Assembly (NCBI RefSeq): GCF_001194135.2
Contig: NC_069005.1
Coordinates: 27,320,991 to 27,384,990, forward strand
Length of the DNA stretch: 64,000 nucleotides
Direction of reading: 5' to 3'
Source of the DNA: Octopus bimaculoides
Taxonomy: Eukaryota
The translations under genes and the position numbers were made by a program. Within the stretch, counting starts at the first letter, position 1, and every line of letters starts with the position of its first letter. The notes below the pieces were generated by a model. That model made no database searches, was not told the DNA's origin, and saw nothing but the letters and a program-made list of their open reading frames with translations. This document shows positions 48,801 to 62,647 of the stretch, piece by piece.

Positions 48801-50644
48801 CTTTTACTTAGGCCTTGGGCCAACAAAAACCTTCTAAACAGTAGACAGAAACTGATTTGGGTGGCTTCCTTGAAAAAACTGTTCTGTTCTATATTGTATG
48901 GCTATATAAATGTGTATCAACATCATCGTCATTTAACATCCGTTGGATGCTTTGACTAAAAGCTGGTAAGTTGGGGAGCTGCACCAGGTTCCAGTCTGAT
49001 TTGGCACGATTTCTACAGCTGGAAGCCCTTCCTAACGCCAGCCACTTAACAGAGCGTGTTGGGTGCATTTTATGTGCCACTGATATGAGTGCCATTGATG
49101 TGACACCGGCGCTGGCCATGACTATGGTCTCACTTGGCTTGACAGGTCTTCTTCAATTTTTATTGCCAAATAAATAATGTAGACGGAGGAAGTCTAACGC
49201 AGAAGAAGCTAGAAAGTTCTGGAGTGATATTAATCAGAATGGGAATGCAGCACGACTAAAGAAAGTGAGGAAAGAAGTAGTTAGTGGGAAGTAGCTTGAT
49301 CTAAAACTAATTAGTGCATTAATGAGTAAAATGTTAAGAAGAATACTGAATTGGAATGGCCCAGGACCAGATTTTTTTCAATTTCAATTTAGTAGCTTAC
49401 AGGAGGGTCTGAGGGAACAACTTCAGGATTGCTTGAATGGATGATTGCCATCTTGGATGACTACAGAGAGAACAGTACTCCTTATGAAAGGCAAAAGAAA
49501 GGGCATTGTAGCTAGTAACATACCTGTTTGATAGTCATTTTGTATAAAGCCATTAAAGCATAGGTGTACTGGCACATATTAAACTAATAAACAAATTCAA
49601 ATAACATACCCTTTTGACAGTCAATTCCTGTATAGCCAGTTTCACAGCTGCTCTTACCACAAAACCCATTGGTTTTATTACAGTGTTCATTCTGCACACA
49701 ATGACAAACTTTCTGACAGTTTGACCCAAAACTGTTGGCTGGACAAGCTGGAAAGATGACATGGAAAATAGCAAGTTATAAATTTGAAAACAAGAAAAAA
49801 ATGATTTCATAATTATATAGCAAACCCTTTTTGATAAATTACTCAGGTTCAGCATTAAATATAAAAGAAGGTAAATCCATTTATAACAGGGTTCATATTT
49901 TCCTGAATTGAACTGTTATATTCATTGACCCAGTGCAGGTGCATGGCTCAGTGGTTAGAGCATAGGGCTTACAATCATGACGTGAGCTCGATTCCCAGAC
50001 TGGGTTGTGTGTTGGGTTCTTGACAAGACACTTTATTTTTACAATGCTCCAGTTCACTCAGCTGTAGAAATGAGTTGTGATATCACTGGTGTCGAGTTAT
50101 ATCGGCCTTTGTCTTTCCCTTGGACAACATCGGTGGCATGGAAGAGGGGATGCTGATATGCATGGGCGACTGCTGGTCTTCCACAAACAACCTTGCCCAA
50201 ACTTGTGCCTCGGAGGGGAATTTTCTTGGTGCAATCCCTCAGTCATTTGTGAATGAAGGGGAGTCTTTTACATCATAGGGGATACCCTCAGTAATAACAG
50301 GTATACTGTGAAAAAGTCAACATTTACAAACAGGACAATTTGTAAACAAACCAACACTTTTGCATAAGGGGCAAACTGGGAACAAATCAATACATACAGG
50401 TTTTGCCTATCAACTATTAAAATGTTGCAAGTTTGTAAAATAGAACTACTCACAAGTTTGGCAAGTGTGTCCAGTATAACCTGGAAGGCACTGGTTATTT
50501 GGACAGTGACCAGTTTTGGGATCACATTTCTGACTGTCCTTACATTTGCATGGATTTGCACAGCGTAGACCAAAGTAGCCAGACTTACAGACTGAAAAAT
50601 AAACAAAAATATCATATTCAACATTATTTTTATAAGATACATAC

Positions 50645-50713
<69 letters not shown>

Positions 50714-53700
50714 AAAATAAGAGGAATGACCAGCAAAAATGGACTCCTATATGCACCGGTTTTAATTGATTAATATCAATTTCTACCCTCATTAATAAAT
50801 TTTTTATATATCATCATCATTATCATCATCATCGTTTAACGTCCGCTTTCCATGCTAGCATGGGTTGGACGATTTGACTGAGGACTGGTGAAACCGGATG
50901 GCAACACCAGGCTCCAATCTAATTTAGCAGAGTTTCTACAGCTGGATGCCCTTCCTAACGCCAACCACTCATATATATATACATATATATATATAAATAA
51001 TAATAAAGGAGTTAATATAACCAAAAGGATCGATTCTTGAGGAGTCTGCATACCTTCACAGTGGTTTTTTTCTGCTATTTTGGTGATGATTTTTTGAGTT
51101 AACGTACCAGTTATTTTTGTTGGTAGTTAATTTATAATATATTGATATATATATATATATATATATAGTATGTTTATGGCGTACCAAACCACAAATAAAT
51201 TAGTTGAACTGAATGTTTGTGGGGTGGTGGTGGAGGGAGGGATATATTTTCTCAGCTTTGGTAATGTCGTTACCTGTTATACTCTGTGATTCTCTGATCA
51301 AGAAAGGCTGTGGCCACCACATGATTTAACTTTTATACATAAAAGGGGCTTGTGCTAGTTACATATAAAAGGAACCCAGTACACTCTGTGGAGTGGTTGG
51401 CATTAGGAAGGGCATCCAGCTGTAGAAGCCAAGCCAAGCCAAACCAGACTGGAGCAGCTCTCTGGCTTACCAGTTCCCGTCACACTGTCTAATCCATGCT
51501 AGCATGGAAAAACAGATGTGCTAAATGATGATGGTGATGATGATGATATATTACAGAAGACCTGCACATCTAAGTGAAAAAAAACGAGGCTCTAAAGATA
51601 TGTTGTTCACGTCTATGCTCCTGCACACAATCTTTCTCTGATGGTTTTCTTTCCCTACAACCCATCTTCCAAACACCCCAACTCCCCACCTGCGTTCACC
51701 TCTCACTGCTTTCTCCTCCCTTCCATGTGCCACTCCCCCTTCACACTCACCAAAGCTTAAGTGCTCACTCACCCTACCCAATCCTCTGTACACTTCACAT
51801 AATCATCTCTCTGCAACTTGAGGGTTCACCCTAACACATTCTTCGCCATCTCTTTCTCTCATTCTCCATCTGGAGTAGCCATGAATCTCCTCAAATGCAA
51901 GACCCCTGTTTCTGTCCCCTCTGTCATACTCTAACCTTTCATCACCTGGCATACAGTCACCTCCCTCAGTATTACTTGCTCTCTCTCTCTCTCTCAGTTG
52001 AGGAGGTTGTGTGCTGCAAATTACTTGATCTCACTGGTGCTGGTGCCATGTAAAAAGTTCCCAGCATGCTCTGTAAAGTGGTTGGCATTAGGAAGGGCAT
52101 TCAACCATAGAAATCATCCCACAGCAGACATTAGCACTTGGAATTTTCTGGCTTGTCAGCTCCTGTCAAACCGTCCAACACATGCCAGCATCAGAAAGGG
52201 TAAATACAAAATATTTAGAGTGTCATGGTGCAAAAACTAACTTGCTGATTCTTAATAAAAGCTATTTTTAACCCATTAGTGTTTAAAATGGCCGTATCCA
52301 GCTCAAATATTCAAGTTATTTTATGTTCAAAACTAGCAAGATTCAGCCTCTTACACCTGCCCTGCAATGTCATTAAATTAAAATTAAAATGCATCATCAA
52401 AATCTCAAAGCTAGAAGATAATGCGTGATTAATTCGAAACAAGGTGAATAAATAAGCATTACATTTGACAGAGTAATCTGAATGTTAAAGGGTTTAACTG
52501 GCCATATCTGGCCTCTCACACCTACCCTACAATGTCATTCTAAAAATAAACAATCACATAAATAGTGTGAGGCTGCTTAGGCTTCTTTCAGTTTCCATCT
52601 ATCATATCCATTCACAAGGCTTTGGTCAGTCCAGGGTTATAGTTGCTGCACAGTGGGAATGAACCCAAGACCACATGGTCGGGAAGTGAACTTCTGACCA
52701 CACAGCCACACCTGTATCTATATTAGGATTTGATTAGGACTTAAGTTACACACTGTGCTTTCAAAAAAAAGTATCTGACCTTTGGGCATAAAAAAACCCC
52801 CAATTTTCTACATTTCACAAATTTTCTACTAATCCCCTTCAAAACACTCCTCTTGAGAGTTCACACACTTCTCCCAGTGTTTCTGCCATGGCTGGTAACA
52901 CCCTTGGAACACCTTCCTTCGAATGCTATGCAACTCTGCTGTTGCTTTTCTCATAATTCCCCCCGTTGAGGTCTAAATCACTTCCCTTTCAGTGTGGTTT
53001 CCAGTTTAGGGAAGAGCCAGAATTTACACAGTGCCAAACTGGGAGAGTAGCGAGCCTGTCAAACAAGTGAGGTGTTGTTCTTAACCAGAAAAGCTTGGAT
53101 TATGAAATCTGTTTAAAAAGCATGCAAACCTTTGTTCACTCTCTGCATGCACAACTCCCCTGTTAATATGGAATGAACTGATCCTGTGCTTATTCCAACT
53201 TTGTGAGCAATTTCCTAGATTATTACAAATGGTTTTCTATGAAGGTTCACTGAACCTTCTCAATCAGTTCCTTGTTTTGGCTTGTGGATGGCCTGACTGA
53301 ATGAGCCTGGTTCTCCATGGGGTGCAACCATGTTTGAAGCAGTTATACCACTTCTTGATCTAAGTTTTGCTCACAGAATCATCGCCAAAGGCCAGCTAAA
53401 TCTTCTGGACTTGAGCATCACCAAGCTTTAGACAAAACTTAATGTGACATTTCTGCTTGATGCGTTCAGTCATCTTGCGTGAAGACAAAAGTTTGACAAG
53501 CAGACACAACATATCTGTACTCAAGGTGTAACAGCTGGGAACTGACACAACCCACCAGACAGGTACACTTGCACTAATTCTTCTGTAACAAACATGTCAA
53601 AAACAAGAAAAACAACATCTGTCCTTACAATAGAAAGTTCACATCACTCTCTAATTACAGCAATGTCGAAGCAAATAGCACAATGGCCAGGCTAAAGCTA

Positions 53701-56206
53701 GGCAAGTAAATCATGCAAATTTGCTCATCTTTCTCCCTCCTCTCTTTTTTTCCCAACTGGGGTAGTCATGTATCTCCTCTACAGCAAGACATCTGTTTCT
53801 GTCCCTCTCTGAGGAAGCATTGAAAAGTTCCCGGCCCTAAAGGTATCGCGAAAGGCCTGGTTGAAGCCCCAACCTTCCGAGTTCTTTTTTCAGGGCTGAG
53901 AAAAAACTGAAGGACCACAGCTTGATGATAATAATGATGATGATGATGATTAACAATAAACTTATAAAATCTATCAGTTTACTGCAGCAGAACACACTGG
54001 TATTGAAACCAGCTGCAACTTCACCTTAAAAAGAAACAATTACAACATTGAAATCTCAAAGTTATCAGACAATGCATGATTAATTCAAAACAATGTGAAT
54101 CAATAAGTATTACATTTGACAAAGGGATCTGAATGTGAAAGGGCTGAGGTATAAGAGAAGAGGTTGGGGTAGAGCAGGTTTTTGTTGTAGAGGAGAGACA
54201 TGGCTGTTCATATTTAGGGGAGAGAGTGAGAATGAAGTGATGGCGTCCCCAAGTAGGTTTTAGTTTAAAAAAAAATAGATGATTCACTCACCGTTTTGAC
54301 AGTTTCTTCCTTCATAACCTGGAGCACATCTTCCATCAGAACAAAAGCCCGTGTGAGAATCACACTTGATGTTGTCAGCACAGTGACACGTACCTTTACA
54401 GTTGGTGCCAAACGTACCATTCTTGCAGACTTCAAAGAAAAAGGTTTCTTGTTAATAAAAAAAAACACATTCATTTAAAAGGTTGTTATATCATTAAACA
54501 ACTGTTCATTCTGTTTATATTTTATAGTCTTCGAAGTCAGTGAGCTTGCAGAATCGTTAGCATGATGGGCAAAATGCTTTGCAGCATTTCATCTGCCTTT
54601 ACATTCTGAGTTCAAATCTGCCGAGGTCCACTTTGCCTTTCATCCTTTCAAAGCATTTAGTAACAGACTGTCGTCAGTGCCACAACTTAAAAACCAAAAA
54701 AAAGAAAACACCAAGTTTCGCAACTTTCAGAATGTGACATCTCAGCAAGAGATGAAGCTAGGAAGCTGGTTTTTGGCCTTAAAATGACCGTGAAGACCTC
54801 CTCTAATTATTCCACCTTTGCACAATTATTTACTTCTGTATGCATCTGAAAGATGAAACAATGACTGTGTCTTTCTCATTTTGTAGAATGTCCAACCTAT
54901 GCTAGCATGGAAAGCAGACGTTAAATGAACACCAGTACTACAAAATGGTGTATCGCATTGCATATACCTAAAAAAAAATATAGAGACCCCCACCCCCAAG
55001 GTATTATTTGTGTTTTAATATACCAAGGTAAGTATCTTTTAGGGGTAAGTTAGACAAGATAGTAAGATAATAGTTCATTATCATTACGATAGTAACGAGA
55101 ATTATTAGAAAATGAGCCATAACACCTTGAAAAACAATACAGGGACCACACCAAAATTATTGATTGGGCGTGTGTGTTTACGATGGTGTCTTACTAAACT
55201 CTCTGGTCTGAGTTTGGGTGAGCGAACGTTGTGTCGATAGTGTTGAGGTACAATTTTTTTCAGCTGGATTTTCGACCTTATTGCAAGCCTCACCGGTTAT
55301 TCCTCCCAACTTTTTCAGATTCTAGACATTGAAACAAAGAAAATAATGTATACTAACCTCGAAAATGGCCAGGGTGGTGCTTATGACACTGTTGCTAAAT
55401 GCCTCATGTGATGCATGAACATGAAGGAAATATGTCATTTGTGTCACATGTGATACACAAGACAGGCAAAGGGTTAACCAAGGAAAATGAACAGCAACAC
55501 ATCTCTGTTATTCTTTTATTCTCTTACTTGTTTCAGTCATTTGACTGTGGCCATGCTGGAGCACCGCCTTTAGTCAAGCAAATTGACCCCCAGGACTTAT
55601 TCTTTGTAAGCCTAGTACTTATTCTATCAGTCTCTTTTAGCATCGGTTGTCAAGCAATGGCAGAAGTACAAACACAGACACACACACACATAAATACATA
55701 TACATATATANNNNNNNNNNNNNNNNNNNNNNNNNNNNNNNNNNNNNNNNNNNNNNNNNNNNNNNNNNNNNNNNNNNNNNNNNNNNNNNNNNNNNNNNNN
55801 NNNNNNNNNNNNNNNNNNNNNNNNNNNNNNNNNNNNNNNNNNNNNNNNNNNNNNNNNNNNNNNNNNNNNNNNNNNNNNNNNNNNNNNNNNNNNNNNNNNN
55901 NNNNNNNNNNNNNNNNNNNNNNNNNNNNNNNNNNNNNNNNNNNNNNNNNNNNNNNNNNNNNNNNNNNNNNNNNNNNNNNNNNNNNNNNNNNNNNNNNNNN
56001 NNNNNNNNNNNNNNNNNNNNNNNNNNNNNNNNNNNNNNNNNNNNNNNNNNNNNNNNNNNNNNNNNNNNNNNNNNNNNNNNNNNNNNNNNNNNNNNNNNNN
56101 NNNNNNNNNNNNNNNNNNNNNNNNNNNNNNNNNNNNNNNNNNNNNNNNNNNNNNNNNNNNNNNNNNNNNNNNNNNNNNNNNNNNNNNNNNNNNNNNNNNN
56201 NNNNNN

Positions 56207-56270
<64 letters not shown>

Positions 56271-59200
56271 AGATTCTTTCAATCTCCATCTACTAAATCC
56301 ACTCACAACACTGTAGTCGTTCTGAGGTTTATAGGAGAAGACAATTATCCAAGGTGCCACACAGTGGGACTGAACCAGAAACCATGCGGCTGGGAAGCAA
56401 GCTTCTTACCACACAGCCACACCTGTGCCTACTGAGAAACTCTAGAAACCAAAATGGAGCAGTTATCTTGCTTTCATTTCGTTCTAATTCTACTTACCTT
56501 TTTGGCAGTTGTTACCTTCATAGCCAGGGGCACACCCACCACTTGAGCAGGTGCCTGACTTAGGATTACATGCGCTATTCACAAAGCAGTGGCAGGTATT
56601 TCTACAGTCTTTACCAAACTTATCACTGGGGCACTCTGAAATATAGAAGCAGTTATTTATTAATAAACAATCACAGATTCTAGTTTTCCATTTTGTAATC
56701 GAAAATTGGTAAAATAGATAGTGAAGGAACCTCTAAGTAATTACTCGACCTTTCAGAAATAACAGTAAAAATCTCTACCAAACCACTGCCATGGAAAAGG
56801 CCTTCCTTTTTCACATTGGATAATACAGTCCCCAATTCTTAGAAAATGATAGGATGGTCATGGTTGGAATATTTTTGACCATAGATTTATTAAATTAGAG
56901 GTGACATGGGCTAAAAAACAATAACAACTGAGATGCTTTCCTAAAAATCTTGAGGAGCAAGAATTTGAATTTGAAAGTCAAATTGCAATTGGAACTTGTT
57001 ATAACACAAAGTCTTTTTTAAACAAAATTTTAGATCTTTTAAAATATGTCTGGGACATATTTGCCCTGTAAAAATGCTGTAGTCACTGTTATTTTCCATT
57101 GAGAATTCTCAATGGTGTTAAATAAGTTAATAAAAAAATCCAAGAAATATAGTTCTTGTATGTTCTAACCTGTTGACATACTCCAGACCTCTCTAGACCT
57201 GGAGAGTTTAACTCCCATTTCTAGCAATTTAAAGAGTTGATCTGCTAAATTTACTCACGTTTCTGACAGTTGCTTCCTTTGTAGCCAGCTTCACAGCCAC
57301 CACTGGCACAAACACCAGTCAAAGCGTCACATTTGCTGTTGTCGGCACAGTGACAGGAATTGACACAGTTATGGCCAAATTTACCACTTCTGCATTCTGT
57401 AGAAATTAAACAACAAAAAAGCATTAAAACATTAAATAGAATAGGGTATGTGAAGACACAAAGCTTAGGGATTAGGGTATTCAGCTAATGGTTGTAAAGT
57501 CGTGAGTTCAATCCCTAGTGGCACAGTGTGTCCTTGAGCAAGAACCATGAGCTAATATATTTCTATAAAAAGAAAAGTGTTGCCATATAAGGTATTATTT
57601 CCTATGTCAATATGGCTCAACCAATCAGCACTGGCTGGCTTCTTATGGCTAAGATGGCTAAACTACAAAGAAAGTGGGTGAATTTTTCTGCTGAAGAGTT
57701 AGCCATAGAATCTCAATAGAAAATAGCTTCAAATATGACATTCCTCAAAAAAAACAGATAGGTTGGCATAAAACTGTTTTCTGTTGTTAAGGTTTATGAA
57801 ATTTTCAGTAGATATATCTGATTTCCATAGCAGAAGGGTTTAATATGAATATTTGCACTGGAAGAGATATTGAAACTAAAAACTGGGGTCTGCTGTGTTC
57901 TGCAGTAGCTTTGGCGTAATTTACTGAATAAAACAGAACTGTTCAGAACAGCCCTTAAATAATGTATAAAGAAATCACGTTTTTATTCTTAATAATGAAT
58001 ATTCTAGAGACACACCAATGGTATCTGATGTCATGACATGATTATTAAAGATTATTTTTATTTAGGACACAAAATGCTAATATCGTCAAATCTAAAAATG
58101 GTACTGGGCTAAAGATAGCAAACAACAAACTTTATCACAAAAGAGAATTAATTCAAAACAGGTATATGGTGATTAAGTTCAGTGAATGTCTTACCAACAT
58201 TTCACAAATTTCTACTTTTATTTGCCAAGATTAATCTGTACAGTACTATTGAACACAACAGTATATCCCATGATAAATGCAGTGAATTTGATTTTAGAAG
58301 TTGAAACGAACTTAAAGTTTGCTCATGCCTAAACAATGCTTGGTGCTGTTATTACTGTAATTTTCATGACCCTGGCGGTCCACAGATACAACTCAGTCAA
58401 TGGTGTTGACTGTATTTTAGTTAAAACCACAGCTTTGATTAGATCTGTCTAGAGTTGCCTCCCTTCGATATTTCTCATTGATAACAACTAAAGAACCAGA
58501 AACATCGATGTCTGGGAATCCATCTGACTTTTCCCAACTGGTCAATATTGTTGACTGTGTTTTAGTTAAAGCTACAGCTTTAAATCCGTTCAGAGTTATC
58601 TCATTTTGGTATTTCTCATTGATAATGGTCAAAGAACTAGAAACACGTCTGGAAATCTAACCGGTAGCAGCACTGGGCAGATATGGTGTTTCTACACCTT
58701 TTTACCATAAGAGAATTTTCCTCCTCAGTAAATTTGCCTTTAGAAGTTGAAATATGTCACAAACATATTTTAACTAGCCTAAAGTTTACTCATATCTAAT
58801 ATATAAATCCCATTCTGTCTGTCTGTCTTTTGTGCACTTATAACTCAAGTATTGTTCATCCGATTACGTTGAAATTTTAAACATAGATACATGAGAGAGC
58901 AGGGTGTTCCGTAATCTAAAAAGATTTTCAAAATTGTCAGTTTCAAAATGAGAATCGCTATCTTTGTAATCTTTTTGTCTGTTTCTTCTGCCATCCTGTT
59001 CATTAACTGATGTTCTAAACAATTCATTTCTACGTTTTCATATTTAAATGACAGAAATATGGAAATAAAGCTTGCTATTTGTAAATACAGTCTCATTTTG
59101 ATTTAACTATTAGACCACAAACAACTGTATTCATTTCTGCCCTTTGGTTTTGTACCAATTCTGCCCTTTGGTTTACCACAACAGTAACAACAAGATTAAC

Positions 59201-62200
59201 AATGCAATCCTTACTTAACTGACAATTGTTCCCTTCATAGCCTGCAGCACATCCTCCTTCCGAGCAGGTTCCTGACACTGGGTTGCACTTCCTGTTGTCT
59301 GCACAGTGGCACATGCTGGTGCAGTTGGCACCAAACCTTGCATTTTGGCAAACTGTTAGAAAAGAATATCAAGTGTAAAAAAATATGTCACTGACTGACC
59401 CCCACTCATACTCACTTGACCCTTGAGTCTGTTCCACCTTTGACAAACCCCACTCAATGTTTCACCTCACTTCACTCATGTCATTCTTCATCTCCATACT
59501 CTTCTTGACCTTATTCCACCCTCCACTTAAGTCCACTCTCCACATAAGTTTGCTCTCTACTTAAGTCTATTCTCCACTTAAATCCACTCTCTAGTTAAGT
59601 CCACCCTTCACTCATGTCCTTCCTTCACTCATGTCCACCCTTCACTCATGTCCACCCTTCACTCATGTCCACCCTTCACTCATGTCCTTCCTTCATCTCA
59701 TTCCATCTTGTGCTCCACGTTCCTTTGGCCTCCATACTACTCCCTCCATTTTCAACCCCATTCAACTCTTGAACTATTCTCTCCCTTGACCCCACACCAC
59801 TACTGACCTCTCTCCACATTTGACCTCCCTTTACTCTTGACCCTCTCAGCCTTTGACCTTACAGCACCCTTGTTCTTTCTCTCTAACCTGGGCCCTATTT
59901 CATCCATGGCCTTACCCCCACCTTCAATTCCCTTCCAGCCTTGAACTCATTCTACCTTTGACTTCACTCCACCACTTGCCCTCAGCCGACCTCACAAAAG
60001 CATGAATATTTCAAGAAACTAATTCCCAAGGTTGGTGGAAGCATGTGGCTGAGTGGTTAGGGTGTTGGACTCCTGATTGCAAGATTGTGGTTTCAATTCT
60101 TGCCGGGTGATGCATTGTGTTCTTGAGCAAAACACTTCACTTCACATTGTTACAGTCCACTCAACTGGCAAAAATGAGTAATCCTGCAACGAACTAGAGT
60201 CACATCCAGCAGAGAATATATATGCCATGGAAACTTAAAAACCAGCCCCCTGAGTTTGTATGACTGAGGAAGGGCCTTTATCTCTATCCTTTAATTACCA
60301 AAGTTAATTACCTACAGACACCATTCAATTTAGCTTTCAGATTACTCTGTCAAATGTAATACTTTTTTCTTTTTATTTGTTTCAGTCATTTGATAGTGGC
60401 CATGCTGGAGCATCGCCTTTAGTCGAATGAATCGGCCCCAGGACTTATTCACAACTTTCTTAATAATGCATATTAGTTTAAATGAAATTTAACAGAGCAA
60501 GTCCTAATACTCTACTTGCTTTATGTTCAAAGTGACCAGTGCTCTATGTTCAAAGTGACCAGTGCTCTATGTTCAAAGTGACCAGATCTGGCCCTTCAAC
60601 CTACCCTACAATGTCATTCTGAGAAATAACACATCATTGAAGTCTCAAAGCTCTGAGATAATGCATGATTAATTCAAAACAATGTGAATAAATTAGCATT
60701 ACATGTGATAGAGTAACCTGAATGCTAAAGGGTTAATATAGTTCTGGAGATCCAAGTTGTTTGATTATTTATTTTATTGCTAAAAAGGAATAAAAAAGGA
60801 TAATGGTAGATTAATATAAAACATACAAAAATGTATATCTTACCTGTTTGACAGTTGCTACCTTCATAACCTGGAGCACATCCTCCACTAGAGCATTTCC
60901 CAGTCTGATGGTTACACTTGCTGTTGTCTGCACAATGGCATGTATGTTGACAGTTTGGTCCAAACTTATCTCTGGAACAAACTATAGATATGAAGACAAA
61001 GAAAAAAAAAAAACGATAGTTAGTCTACCAAATCTGTGTAGGTATTTCCACCATACCAATGTACTTACATCTACGATATTATTGTGCTCCCTAAGATGAT
61101 GAGCTGCAAAATCACTAGCATGCTGGGGAAAATTCTTAGAGGCATTTCCTCCATCTTTAAGATCTGAGTTCAAATTCCACGAGGAATATTTTTTAAAAAA
61201 TTGAAAAAAAAAAAAAAAAACGTTTATAAATTTGTGTTGCAAGATTTCTGATGTGAAACCCTGTGTTAGAACAGATATTATTGTATTTCGAGATGGTCAT
61301 TTTTTTTTTTTTTTGCCAAATAAACATGCATTCTCAGAGAATGGAGTACACATGAGGATGGAAAGTGTTGCTGAAGCGGTCACAGATGTGTGACGAAAGA
61401 TTTCCAGACAATGGACATGCGTTAAAATAAGAACAGTAATAAATGAGAGAAAAACAAATATATAGTGTGTGTTTATTTGGCAAAAACAAAAACAAAACAA
61501 AACAAAAAATGACCATTCCGAAATGCAATAAAAAAAATTGTGGAGAAAGACATTTCTCCTTGATTCTTATTCTTTATTCTTTCAGCAACTATAAGAGACA
61601 ATTCTGGATATGTGTAGCCACTTTAGCATGTGGTCTACCAAGCCATTTAGACTTTAGTGTGCAGTCTAGTAATATATAAAGATTAAGTTAAGCAACTATA
61701 ATCACTCTCTTGTATGCAAATGGTATTGTTCCCAGCCAAAGGAAACCAAAACTGGATACAAAAGATCAAATTTGGAAGTAACCTACCTTTTTGACAGTTG
61801 TTTCCTTCATAACCTGCTGCACAGGCCCCACTGGAGCAGATTCCCAACTGGGAATTACATTTGCTGTTGTCAGCACAGTGACATATATTCTGGCAGTTAG
61901 GACCGAAAGTTCCACTTTTGCAGACTAAAAGAAGAATAATCATCTCTATAGGATTGTGGAAATGGTAGTGAGAAACAAGGGAGGCGGGGATGTCGAAAGA
62001 AGAAAACAAAGGAGGAGGGGATGTCGAAAGAAGAAGAAAAAGTGGTGAGGGATGTGAATAGGAAATGGGTGGCAAAAAGAAGTGGTTCCAGGGAGAAGGG
62101 TGGGTAGGTTGGGGAGCTCATGTAACTACAGCATCTCAGTTGTGCCATAATTAGAAGAGTGATGAAGGAATGGATATCAAATAGATGAGTTATGGGCTGA

Positions 62201-62608
62201 AGACTTGACGAGGACAGATTGGATGTCGGGACATAAATATATATGACATGTGCTGGTCCATTATTATTGATATATATATATATATAAATATATATATATA
62301 CACGCATATATATTATTATTATTATTGATATATATATATATATATACGCATATATATTATTATTATTATTATTATTGATATATATATATATATATATATA
62401 AAGTAGAGTTTGTTGCCACTTCAACATGGCTGTTCCATACAGATCTACGTTACTACCATTTTTTTTAACCCCAGGAGGATACTTCTCCAAGTGGTTAATG
62501 ACACAACCTGTGTCCGATATATTGCGAGCAGAGGAATGAACCCCTACCATCTAGTGGTGACAAGACCAGTAGACCAGTCTAGTTTCAGGGTATTTCCCCT
62601 CATCAGAG

Positions 62609-62647
<39 letters not shown>

